Part shown: positions 10,601 to 19,213 of the stretch, one piece after another
How the letters are laid out: every line of letters begins with the position of its first letter
Position numbering within the stretch: the stretch's first letter is position 1
Source: an uncultured Planctomycetaceae bacterium
Lineage (GTDB): Bacteria; Planctomycetota; Planctomycetia; Planctomycetales; Planctomycetaceae
Length of the DNA stretch: 64,000 nucleotides
Assembly (NCBI GenBank): GCA_963976765.1
Contig: CAXBME010000028.1
Coordinates: forward strand, 1 to 64,000
Direction: 5' to 3'
Translations under genes and position numbers: made by a program
The notes under the pieces: generated by a model
Database searches by the model: none
Seen by the model: only the letters and a program-made list of their open reading frames with translations
What the model was told of the DNA's origin: nothing

Positions 10601-10741
10601 CTTCGTGTAGTCCGCGAGAACCGTCGCGTGCGGAGGAAAATCCGGCTTGGCCGTCTGTGCGAATAGCGACGAACCAGTCGTTCCGAGAAGTGCGAGCGTC
10701 GCGGCAAAGCCGTTCAGCATGGAGGTCCGCAATCGATTCAT
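7676..10741 (-). CDS. Secreted zinc-dependent metalloprotease (DUF5117/DUF4953, EcxA-like metzincin)
   Basis: Signal peptide; PR.ADPRIGYF, FINRW.L, WNKAFE, GPS.V.PLTGEILDADI, HEVGHTLGLRHNF zinc motif, SVMDY Met-turn, IGPYD.WAIEYGY. Confidence 0.9.
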   Translation of the reverse strand: MNRLRTSMLNGFAATLALLGTTGSSLFAQTAKPDFPPHATVLADYTKIVSTTDGARSLYTLYKHKKDQKLLAELPAGFASHKYFLALTVAAGDEFAGLQEGDLYFYWRRYGNRLAMIQPNVEHRSTGDSESKASVKRLFTDRVLLDTPILTIGPTGGPVIDLNYLFVSQSSTFFGNAGRISNSSLVTIEKAKAFPKNIEVAIEGPTSGSFSLFGGRTPNGQLKTLHYSLSLITPTPGYTPRVADPRIGYFTTGYTDLGKYKDTETRTRFINRWHLTKRDSSLALSPPVQPIRFILEHTVPVRYRRWVTQGVDHWNKAFERIGFLNAIEIDFQDAQTGRNMDLDPEDVRYNFIRWLNNDIGTAIGPSRVNPLTGEILDADIILTDGWIRHYHGQFSEILPAVAMEGFNAETLTWLADHPQWDPRVRLANPSRRNEVMRTIQREAYQPLAGHPAGKVDGTMIGDNQYDGLIGRASQVNGLCMATQGKSIDLALMQMHLALLEDGADDADKKKKKKGSDGDKDEEKKAGDDKDEDDDEKKSDGEDKDEEKKDDGDNDDEKKEEAKKSAAKKEPMLDSMPESFIGPLIAELVAHEVGHTLGLRHNFKASSIYSFDEMNGDEVKGKKPLAGSVMDYIPINLRADGKPQGDYTMIGIGPYDEWAIEYGYTLASDLKPILARVNEPELVYGTDEETDGPDPRARRYDFTTEPLDYANNQIELVKKHRKGLTEKFVKDGESWARARHGYELSLSLQLRSVSMMANWLGGAFTTRALKGDKDSGRPVEVVPVEQQKAALKFVIENTFFDDAFGLNPDLLAHLSVDKWLDGGSSFSAFSSEATYPVHDTIMGIQASTLTMIMNATTLRRIYDNELRIPADQEALTLPEVLESVTNAIWQELEKVPSKQYTARVPLVSSLRRNLQQEHLDRLVDLSIPGSVRTEAYKPIANLASFELDRILKRVDNVLTKGGDKLDPYTRSHLVELKEQVEKRRDAQFIYNAKDVGGGGLSGLIFFQEEEQRREEKGTEQLR

Positions 10742-11319
10742 GTGTCAGTCCCTGAGCCTGGTGAATGGAGCCGGCTCGCGAAGTGCAGTTCTCAGTTGCG
10801 GATGCACGTTCGACGAGGTCTCGGATATGGCACTGCAGAATTAGAGGATCAAACACTTTGCCGATCCCACAATCCAGCACGTGGAGTCGTTCGGTGTCCC
10901 GGCAAGTCGGCAACCCCTCGAAAAAATGTTGAGCATGCGTTGCCCGCATACTCAACGTAATCAAGGCAGTTTGCCAGAACTCCCTGATTCTACATCCGGG
11001 CGTCAACGAAAAACCACGGAATGAGCGTCCGAAAACGTTTCTGCCCCCTGAAGAGGTTCGGACTGCCGCCCATCGACACGCGACTCCGGATTCACCGATG
11101 CGCTGCTTTTGAGCATCGTCACCGACGGCAGTCGTGCGTTTTCCGTCGGATGTGGCCACGGCAGGCTGAACCCGTCATTTTCGTTCGACAGCGCCCGCGT
11201 GATGCTGGCTTTACCAGCATCGTTCATGATCACGGCCCGAACTGCAAACAGGCACCCTCAGGCAACTCCGCGAAGCACTCGCGAAATCACCGGCTTATGG
11301 AACGCGGCACGAAAACGCC

Positions 11320-12060
11320 TTATTCAACGTAGACGATCACGCTGGTGACGTTGTCTTTCGAACCGCCATCGAGGGCAGCATTGACGATCGCTTCCGCACA
11401 CTGTTGAGGGTCGTCATTTCCTGTCAGAACGGTCTGAATAACCTGGTCGTTGATACCGTCCGTGACACCGTCTGAACAAACCAGATAACGATCGCCGGAC
11501 TGTGGGACGTGCTCTTTGGACTCGGTACCAGTGCCCCCCTCTTTCGAGCCGAGATACCGATAAAGCACATTTCGGTATCGATGCGTTGCAGCTTCCTCTT
11601 CCGAAATCGTGCCGGCTTCGACCAGTGCCCGAGTCAGCGAATGATCTGTCGTCAACTGAGTCAACTGGCCATCTCTGAGGCAATAAACACGACTGTCTCC
11701 GATTCCGCCGACGTAAAACTTACCACTGGAAACCACGATGAAAACAATCGTCGTTCCCATGTTGTGATAGGCCGGGTCGACTTCACTGAGCGCGAGAATT
11801 TCTGAGTTTGCTTCGCCGACCGCTTCGTCGATTTTCTTAACCAGTTCTGCTCCGACATCTGCAGAAAAGTCGATCAGTTGTTTGAGTTTTCGCGGCACAA
11901 TATCCGTCGCCAGTTCACTGGCTTTTTCGCCAGCCGCCTGACCACCCATGCCATCAGCAACGATGAAAAACCGCCCGGCTTCGTCGACGACGCAAGCGTC
12001 TTCATTATTGTCACGATAGTTGCCGGTAACACTCAGGTGCCCGAATTTCAGATTCAGCAT
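11320..12060 (-). CDS. PP2C-family Ser/Thr protein phosphatase (Stp1/PrpC-like)
   Basis: R.NNED, VADGMGG, MGTT, GDSR.Y, DHS, CSDGV, GG.DN motifs. Confidence 0.95.
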   Translation of the reverse strand: MLNLKFGHLSVTGNYRDNNEDACVVDEAGRFFIVADGMGGQAAGEKASELATDIVPRKLKQLIDFSADVGAELVKKIDEAVGEANSEILALSEVDPAYHNMGTTIVFIVVSSGKFYVGGIGDSRVYCLRDGQLTQLTTDHSLTRALVEAGTISEEEAATHRYRNVLYRYLGSKEGGTGTESKEHVPQSGDRYLVCSDGVTDGINDQVIQTVLTGNDDPQQCAEAIVNAALDGGSKDNVTSVIVYVE

Positions 12061-12179
12061 ATTGCCTGGCCAGTGGAGTCTCAGTGTTTCTCGAAATCCC
12101 GTAATCGAATGACGCGTCGCTGATCGGCAAACGCTCGCTCGCTTCTACATCCTGCCAAAAACCGACTCGCGTGCTCCGT

Positions 12180-12911
12180 TTACGGAAGAACGGTTTTGAC
12201 CAGATCGGTGACTCCAAGAGTTGTAGAGCAGATCAACATTTCGCCAGCCTCGAAGCCAGCACTTGTCCCGAACAGCCTGTTCTGCCCCTCAACGAGTCGG
12301 AAGACCTGTTGTTTATGAGGCGGAAACTGAGTTTCGTAGGCCTTTATCGCGGCCAATTTTAAGTCGAACGTCTCAGAAATATCTACGACAAAGTAGCCGG
12401 ACCCGGATGGCGACTCCAGCGTGCGAAATCCTAACGGATACCAGAGCTGCTTCGACACTGTATGGACCGGCAATCCGTCGAAATCGTCATCCCACTTCGT
12501 CAGCCGCGAATAAAAGACGCCCGCATCTGTAATCTGAGCGGCCTGCCAGTGATCCGGCGAAGCCATCGGCGTCTTGCCGGCAATTCCCAGAACGATCTTA
12601 GGTCGGTATCGACGAAAAACTTTTGCCAGTTCGACTCTGGCTTCGAAGCAGTCAAACAGTCGACGATTCGGCAGATCAAGAGTTTCCCGAACCTGCACGC
12701 CCAGAATCTCCGCCGCCTTCTTCGCCTCGGCCAGGCGCACTTCCGGACCGGGACTGCCCGGAGTTGGTTCTCCGTCTGTCAGATCAATAATGCCAACCCG
12801 ATACCCCTGCCGCACCAGCGAAGCCAGGGTTCCGCCGATGGCAATTTCAACATCGTCAGGGTGCGCGCCCACGGCGATCACATCGAGCGGTTCCGGAAGT
12901 TCAACACTCAT
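12180..12911 (-). CDS. PIG-L/LmbE family N-acetylglucosaminyl deacetylase (BshB1-like)
   Basis: [33 protein letters not shown]. Confidence 0.85.
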   Translation of the reverse strand: MSVELPEPLDVIAVGAHPDDVEIAIGGTLASLVRQGYRVGIIDLTDGEPTPGSPGPEVRLAEAKKAAEILGVQVRETLDLPNRRLFDCFEARVELAKVFRRYRPKIVLGIAGKTPMASPDHWQAAQITDAGVFYSRLTKWDDDFDGLPVHTVSKQLWYPLGFRTLESPSGSGYFVVDISETFDLKLAAIKAYETQFPPHKQQVFRLVEGQNRLFGTSAGFEAGEMLICSTTLGVTDLVKTVLP

Positions 12912-13031
12912 GGTCAGTCACCATTTCCTCTCGGATTCAAGTCAGCGCCGCACGGTGCGTCTCGGCGCACCATTGAGTCCCTCATACGGTCATGGTGCAT
13001 CAAGACGCACCCCACAATCTTTACAACATCA

Positions 13032-14111
13032 CTATTGAGCCGCTCGCAGTCGAGTCCGGGTTGTTCTGGCCAGGTCGTCGAATAAAGAATCCATCGTTTT
13101 GGCAGGCGCAACGTTCCAACTGATGTGATCTTCGGCGAGCACACAACGATCGAAAAGTTCCATCGCCAACTCAAGGCCTTTGGAGCCTCGCGCTGCCAGC
13201 AACTTCGTAAACCGGGCGATGATCTCCGAGCCTTGTCCCGCCGGCAGGTTATCGCCGGAAAGCTGCAGGACGGCTTGTCGGTAAAACTCCTGAGCAAACC
13301 GGATCAGCCAGCCGGCGTTGCGACGTTGCTCGTTCGTGTCACCACCGAGTTCGTCGATCCCCGCCGTCATCGCCTTCGCCACGTCGATCGGTCGCAGGTC
13401 AGCCGTTGCCAGAGCCGCATAAAGATTCAGCCGCAGGGATCGCAGCGCCGGGTTCAACAGTTGCGAGGCAATGTGCAGACTTCCTTCCGACATTGCCGCC
13501 GCAGCCGCCGCCTCGTCAGGTGTTGACGCAACCTCGTTTTTGAGCAGTAGATCAGAAACGTCGGTCGCAGCGAGCGGCGAAAAACGAACCAGCTGACATC
13601 GCGACCGAATCGTCGGCAACATCGCGTCAAGATTCTCAGCGATCAGAATCAGCATCGAATTCGGTGGCGGCTCTTCGAGCGTCTTGAGCATCGCGTTGGC
13701 GCCTTCTTCATTCATGCAATTGGCGTCGTCGATTACCGCAATGCGCCGCGAGCCTGCCATCGGCCTCAACGAAAGATCATGAATGAGACCTTCCTGGCCA
13801 CGCCGTTCTTTGTCGCCGTAAAAAATGCTGACGGGAATCTCGTTCTTCCCTTCCGGGCAACCGATCGCAAAATAATCCGGATGCGATCCAGCGTTCATCT
13901 GCCGACACGGCGAACAATCTCCACACGCGAGCAACTCCGTGTCGTCATGTTTTTCACAAAACAGGCTCTGAGCGAAAATCCGAGCAAACCTCGACTTGCC
14001 GATCCCCGGCGAACCTGCAAACAGATACGCGTGGGCCTGCCGTCCGCGCGCGATCGACCGACGCAGCATCTCAATCTGATCGCGATGTCCTCTGAGGTCG
14101 TCCCAATTCAC
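13032..14111 (-). CDS. holB: DNA polymerase III delta-prime subunit
   Basis: HAYLFAG.PGIGK, zinc module C..ACG.C..C, HPD, ANA.LKTLEEPP, LPTIRSRC. Confidence 0.92.
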   Translation of the reverse strand: MNWDDLRGHRDQIEMLRRSIARGRQAHAYLFAGSPGIGKSRFARIFAQSLFCEKHDDTELLACGDCSPCRQMNAGSHPDYFAIGCPEGKNEIPVSIFYGDKERRGQEGLIHDLSLRPMAGSRRIAVIDDANCMNEEGANAMLKTLEEPPPNSMLILIAENLDAMLPTIRSRCQLVRFSPLAATDVSDLLLKNEVASTPDEAAAAAAMSEGSLHIASQLLNPALRSLRLNLYAALATADLRPIDVAKAMTAGIDELGGDTNEQRRNAGWLIRFAQEFYRQAVLQLSGDNLPAGQGSEIIARFTKLLAARGSKGLELAMELFDRCVLAEDHISWNVAPAKTMDSLFDDLARTTRTRLRAAQ

Positions 14112-14150
14112 GTGCTGACTGCCTTACTCAATTCGAAATTTCGTGGTCCA

Positions 14151-15545
14151 TCAAACTTCGTAAGCAACATGCGGCTCTGGAATAATCGGCGGTTCGTCGC
14201 AGAATTCTTCGAGCACCTGAGCTTGTGCTCTCGCCTGCTCTTCTTCGCCGTGAACGATGAATGCCTGCCCGATACTCGACGTCGCGTGCATTTTTTCAAA
14301 CCACCAACGAAAGTCCTGAGCATCTGCGTGGGCCGACAAACCGCTCAGCACTTCGACGTTGGCTCGCAGAGGATACTCCTTATCGAAGAATTTCACAGAC
14401 GGTTGCCGTTCCGCGATTTTTCGTCCAACCGTGTGTCGCCCCTGAAAACCGATCAGCACGATCGTGTTCTCTGGATTTGAAACCGCGTGTTTCAGATGAT
14501 GCACGACTCGACCGCTCTCGCACATCCCGCTGGCCGAAATCACGACGAACGGCCCCTGACGATGATTCAGCTCCATGCTTTCGCGCTGCGTCGCAACGTA
14601 AGTCATGCCCGGAAAGCCAAACGGATCCTGATCGTGCTGCAGCAGCATTTGAACGTCGGCATCCATGATATCTTTATGGTCGCGGTAGACTCGCGTCACG
14701 CGTCGAGCCAGCGGGCTGTCGACAAAGATCGGAACGTTCGGCAGTTTTCCTTCGTTGTGAAGCTCGTTCAGAAAGTAGACAAGGTGCTGAGTCCTTCCCA
14801 GGCTGAATGCTGGAATAATCACTCGTCCGCCGACGACCAACGCTTCTTTAATAATGCGAAGCAGTTCACCCTTAAGATCACTCGCCGAAGGATGAACGCG
14901 GTTTCCGTACGTTGATTCAGTAATCAGTACGTCGCAGCCTTCGACCACTTCCGGATCACGCAACAGAGGAAGCCCGCGTCGACCAAGATCGCCAGTGAAA
15001 ACAATGCGGCGACTTTCGTCGTCCTCGACAATTTCGATTTCGGTAATCGCCGACCCGAGAATGTGTCCGGAATCCGAAAACCGAATCCGCACGTCATCCG
15101 CCAGGTCGTGCCACTCATGAAAGCTCAGCGGCTGAAACAGCTTGAGCAGCGCTTCAACGTGCTCGCGAGTGTAAAGAGGCTCGGCACCTGGACGATCGTC
15201 CCCGAACTTCCCGGCGAGATACCGCGCGTCCTCTTCCTGAATTTTTGCGCTGTCTTCCAGCATCAGCTGCGCAACATCCATCGTCGCCGCCGTACAGAAA
15301 ACATCTCCGCGAAAGCCAGCCTTATAAAGTCCCGGCAGATTCCCACTGTGATCAATGTGGGCGTGCGAAAGAATGACCGCATCAAGATCAGCCGGACGAC
15401 AATGAAACTGCTCGTTCTTCGCGCGAGACTCCGCCCGATGCCCCTGGAACAGTCCACAGTCCAGCAGGATCCGTCGGTCGCCAGCCTCAATCAGATGCTG
15501 ACTCCCCGTGACCTCACCCGCCGCGCCGTGAAATGTGAGTTTCAT
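14151..15545 (-). CDS. MBL-fold beta-CASP ribonuclease (YSH1/CPSF-73-like)
   Basis: GAAGEVTGS, DCGLFQG, SHAHIDHSG, GHILGSA, FTGDLG, ESTYG, IPAFSLGRTQ, SASGM, SAHAD. Confidence 0.93.
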   Translation of the reverse strand: MKLTFHGAAGEVTGSQHLIEAGDRRILLDCGLFQGHRAESRAKNEQFHCRPADLDAVILSHAHIDHSGNLPGLYKAGFRGDVFCTAATMDVAQLMLEDSAKIQEEDARYLAGKFGDDRPGAEPLYTREHVEALLKLFQPLSFHEWHDLADDVRIRFSDSGHILGSAITEIEIVEDDESRRIVFTGDLGRRGLPLLRDPEVVEGCDVLITESTYGNRVHPSASDLKGELLRIIKEALVVGGRVIIPAFSLGRTQHLVYFLNELHNEGKLPNVPIFVDSPLARRVTRVYRDHKDIMDADVQMLLQHDQDPFGFPGMTYVATQRESMELNHRQGPFVVISASGMCESGRVVHHLKHAVSNPENTIVLIGFQGRHTVGRKIAERQPSVKFFDKEYPLRANVEVLSGLSAHADAQDFRWWFEKMHATSSIGQAFIVHGEEEQARAQAQVLEEFCDEPPIIPEPHVAYEV

Positions 15546-15572
15546 ATTTAATTGAGGGTCCGATGCCCGAAA

Positions 15573-16223
15573 TCAGTGATCCAGATGCGCCGACTTCAGA
15601 AACACGTCAAGCTCATCTTTGTACTCAACAACGGCCTCGCGAGGACCGACAAGCTTTATTGTGAAGTCCCGCTGCATCGGGATAACGATACCGATCAAAC
15701 GCCAGTCTTCTTTCGCACCGGGATTCGAACCGACAGTTGAGTTGAATGAGCCACGAACGTCGACCATCCGCGATTTGATCCCGGCAACTTCGATCGTTGA
15801 AAAGCTGGGTTCCTCACCCGGATCACGCCCCACCTGACCAACCCACCAATTCAGATTCATGTCAGCGCCGCCGCCCATCGACGTCAGAGTGATCTCCATG
15901 TCGCCATGCTCTGTCGGAATGATGTATTTTGAATCGACCATCTTCGCGTCAGGAATTTCCTGCCAGCTGTCAGGAATCGCGAACCCAATCCCTTCGTAAT
16001 GGCGGTGCGTCGTCTTGCCGTCGCCTTTTGAAGAGGACGGGGACGTCTCCTCGATTGGTGAAGACTCGGCAACAGGCACCGGCGGAACGATGGCGTCGTC
16101 GTTACCTGACTCGGCACATCCGGAAAGGGCCAGACCAACGCAAAGAATTGCGAAAGGTGATCTGCCAGGTTTCTGCGTTAAGACGTGGTTTGAGTCATCA
16201 ATCAGGCGGTGAATTGTCGACAT
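15573..16223 (-). CDS. Hypothetical lipoprotein
   Basis: LALSGC lipobox, Pro/Ser linker, globular C-terminal domain. Confidence 0.65.
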   Translation of the reverse strand: MSTIHRLIDDSNHVLTQKPGRSPFAILCVGLALSGCAESGNDDAIVPPVPVAESSPIEETSPSSSKGDGKTTHRHYEGIGFAIPDSWQEIPDAKMVDSKYIIPTEHGDMEITLTSMGGGADMNLNWWVGQVGRDPGEEPSFSTIEVAGIKSRMVDVRGSFNSTVGSNPGAKEDWRLIGIVIPMQRDFTIKLVGPREAVVEYKDELDVFLKSAHLDH

Positions 16224-16513
16224 GGCTCTCTGATCGGTTCTTGAATCGGGGAATCACTGACGAAGGTGCATTCGCAACCACAATGTGTCATCTCGTCGTG
16301 AAACTAGCTGGAACGTCGTGAGAATTGAAGCGACTATTTTCAAACTCGACTCGCCCGAACGGCACACATTGTTGATTGCTGAGCGACGACGGTCGACAAT
16401 TACGCCAGTTTGAATTCGAGCCTCAGTTCACCCGTTACTCGCCATCATGTTGCGAAATTTTGCTCGTATCGTCCGCAAACAATTCTTACGAACCTAACTT
16501 CCGGAGTGATTCC

Positions 16514-17995
16514 ATGAGTGATGTCAGCCGTCGAGGATTTCTGAAAACTACAGGCACCGTTGCGGCAGCGACCGCCGCTGCGTCGATCGTCGCGCCGGCT
16601 CCTGCACGAGCGAAAGGCTCAAACGAACGACTTCGCATCGGATTCATCGGGCCGGGCGGTCGCGGGTTTGGCGCTCACGTCAAAACGCTCTGCAAACACC
16701 ACGAAGCTGGAGCGAACATCGAACTCGTCGCCGCTGCAGACGTTTACTCAGTCCACCGGGACAAAACGACTGACTACATCAAGAAGGCAACCGGCTACGC
16801 GTGCAAAGGCTACGTCGACTACACCGAGATGCTCGAAAAAGAAAATCTCGACGCCGTCTGCATCGGCACGCCGGACCACTGGCATGCGAAACAGACAATC
16901 GACTCGATGGAAGCTGGCTGTCACGTCTACTGCGAAAAGCCGATGACACACTCGGTCGAAGAAGGTCTGGAAGTCGTCAAAGTCTGGGAGAAAACCGGCA
17001 AGGTCATGCAGGTCGGCGTGCAGTCAACCAGTCTGCCGCTGTGGGACCAGGTTCGAGGCATGTTGCAGGACGGCAAGCTCGGGAAAGTGCTGATGTACCA
17101 GACCGAGTATTTCCGAAATTCGGCACAGGGGCAGTGGCGATACTACAAGCTCGAAGAAGCGATGAACCCGAAAAACATCGACTGGAAGCGGTGGCTGGGC
17201 GTCAACGAAGGATTGGCACCTCAGCGCGACTTTGACCGGGCCGTCTACAAACAGTGGCGACGGTTCTGGGACTTCGGCTCGGGCATGTACACAGACCTGT
17301 TCGTACATCGTACGACGGCGATGCTCAAAGCAACCGGCCTTCGCTTCCCTGGCCGAGTCGTCGGCGCGGGCGGCATCTTTATGGAATACGACGGGCGTGA
17401 CGTCCCGGATGTGGCCACCGTCGCTGCCGACTTCCCCGAAGGAGTTCAGGGCCTGGTCAGTTCGACCATGTGCAACCAGGAAAGCCGCATTCAGCAGCTT
17501 ATCCGAGGTCACCACGGTTCGTTCATCTTTGGGAACGGCGAAGGCTTCGACAGTTTTCAATTTCTGCCGGAGCGTCCTCAGGTCACTCGTGACAGCAAGC
17601 TGAAAGCCGAAACCATTCCGACCGGCACCATCGACAACACAACTTATGCTCACTTCGGTAACTGGCTCGACGCGATGGCCCAGGGCGATCAGCAAGCCTG
17701 CAACAACCCGCCAGACCTGGGCGCTGCCGCGATCGCCGTCGTGAACCTGGGCGCTCAAAGCTACCGCAAAGGCAAGGTCTTCCACTTCGACGCCGAAACC
17801 GGCACGATCAGCGACGGAGACGGAAGCTGGTCGAAACAGTGGGAAAAGAAATCGCACGAACGTCAGAAACCAAACCATATCGCAGGCTGGAAAGCTGGCG
17901 ACCACGGCAGCCTGCTCGAAGAACCTGACTACATGTCTCTGGCCGGACCGTGGAAAAACGGCAAGCCACCAGCCGGGACAGGAGCGGGTTCGTAG
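16514..17995 (+). CDS. Tat-exported Gfo/Idh/MocA family oxidoreductase
   Basis: MSDVSRRGFLK twin-arginine signal after a GGAG RBS; IGPGGRG, IGTPDHWH, YCEKP, D..VH motifs. Confidence 0.92.
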   Translation: MSDVSRRGFLKTTGTVAAATAAASIVAPAPARAKGSNERLRIGFIGPGGRGFGAHVKTLCKHHEAGANIELVAAADVYSVHRDKTTDYIKKATGYACKGYVDYTEMLEKENLDAVCIGTPDHWHAKQTIDSMEAGCHVYCEKPMTHSVEEGLEVVKVWEKTGKVMQVGVQSTSLPLWDQVRGMLQDGKLGKVLMYQTEYFRNSAQGQWRYYKLEEAMNPKNIDWKRWLGVNEGLAPQRDFDRAVYKQWRRFWDFGSGMYTDLFVHRTTAMLKATGLRFPGRVVGAGGIFMEYDGRDVPDVATVAADFPEGVQGLVSSTMCNQESRIQQLIRGHHGSFIFGNGEGFDSFQFLPERPQVTRDSKLKAETIPTGTIDNTTYAHFGNWLDAMAQGDQQACNNPPDLGAAAIAVVNLGAQSYRKGKVFHFDAETGTISDGDGSWSKQWEKKSHERQKPNHIAGWKAGDHGSLLEEPDYMSLAGPWKNGKPPAGTGAGS

Positions 17996-18347
17996 ATCCG
18001 ACTCGCCGGTTGAACACTGAACACGATATTTGCTGAAGCCAGGAAACGGTCGACACCATGCACGGTGCCGGCCGTTTTCATTTCGTTGCGGTCAGAATCC
18101 GGAATTGATGTTGATTCTCTGCAACACGCCGGAAGATCAGCGACAACGTGCAACTCCGGATTAAGCCTGAACTCAAGAAGGATGAAGTAACGGTTAATCC
18201 ATGTGCTCAACCCGACGATCCTCATCGTGCCTCTGATTGATTCACTGCCGCACATTCCTCACTGCGTGCCAGTCTTTATCAGCAATAGTCGATTGAGGTT
18301 TCCGGGGCGAAACCAGTAAGGGCGCAGCCTCGCTGCCCGACGCACAA

Positions 18348-19088
18348 ATGAGGACCGGCCTTATGCAACAACTTGAATTCACGCCATCAATCAATCGAAT
18401 TCAGAAAGTGATGCTCTGGATTGTTGCCTGCTTTGGAATTCTGTCCGTGCCGATGCAGCTCGCCGAATATCGACTTCAGTCAATTTCGTGGAGTATTTCC
18501 GACATCGCTCGCCGATTCACACTCGACAGTGAAGGCTCCGTCCCGGCGTGGTATTCGTCGATCCTGCTTCTGACAGCGGCGGCGTTGCTGGCTGTCGTTG
18601 CAACCGTCGCCTTCAATCAACGAGACCGATGGTGGAAACACTGGACAGTTCTGGCGTCATTGTTCTGCCTGCTGTCGCTCGACGAAGCAGCCAGCTTTCA
18701 CGAAAGCCTGATTCTTCCGCTTCAAAAACATTTTGGAGCACACGGCATCTTTTTCTTCGCGTGGGTCATTCCAGGAGTCTTCTTCGTTGGAGCGGTCGGC
18801 CTGGCGTTTTTGAAGTTCGTTCTGAATCTGGACCGCCACACACGCAATCGCTTCATCCTTTCCGGCTGCCTCTTTGTCGGTGGCGCGCTGGGGCTTGAGT
18901 TTGTTGGCGGTGCATTTATGGACGCACTTGGAGAAGAACACATCTACTACATTCTCGCCGCCGCCACAGAAGAAACCTTTGAGATGCTCGGCGTCACCCT
19001 CTTCATTATCGCAATTCTGAAACATCTCGAATCACGCGTCGGCGAATTCCGACTGACCTTCGCGACCGCTTCTGCTCCGCAAGCCTGA
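18348..19088 (+). CDS. Multi-pass membrane protein of unknown function
   Basis: ~6 hydrophobic segments; E..VPAWYSS, SLDE...HE, EE.FEM polar motifs. Confidence 0.75.
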   Translation: MRTGLMQQLEFTPSINRIQKVMLWIVACFGILSVPMQLAEYRLQSISWSISDIARRFTLDSEGSVPAWYSSILLLTAAALLAVVATVAFNQRDRWWKHWTVLASLFCLLSLDEAASFHESLILPLQKHFGAHGIFFFAWVIPGVFFVGAVGLAFLKFVLNLDRHTRNRFILSGCLFVGGALGLEFVGGAFMDALGEEHIYYILAAATEETFEMLGVTLFIIAILKHLESRVGEFRLTFATASAPQA

Positions 19089-19213
19089 GCCAGTCGGAAG
19101 CACCAGAACTGTTCACTGACACGCAACAGCACGGATCATCAGACACACTGATGACCAGCAACAGAAGCCGCTGGAAAGCCCCCAACAGGTAAACCGCCAC
19201 CTCGACATTGTCG

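Noticed and set aside
10742..11319. ~580-bp gap with several 70-100 aa ORFs
   Set aside because: ORFs overlap on both strands with no motifs or clear RBS; most likely the upstream regulatory region of the protease gene.
16355..16385. Possible sigma-54 promoter (GGCAC...TTGC) upstream of the Gfo/Idh/MocA gene
   Set aside because: Spacing does not fit the required GG-N10-GC.
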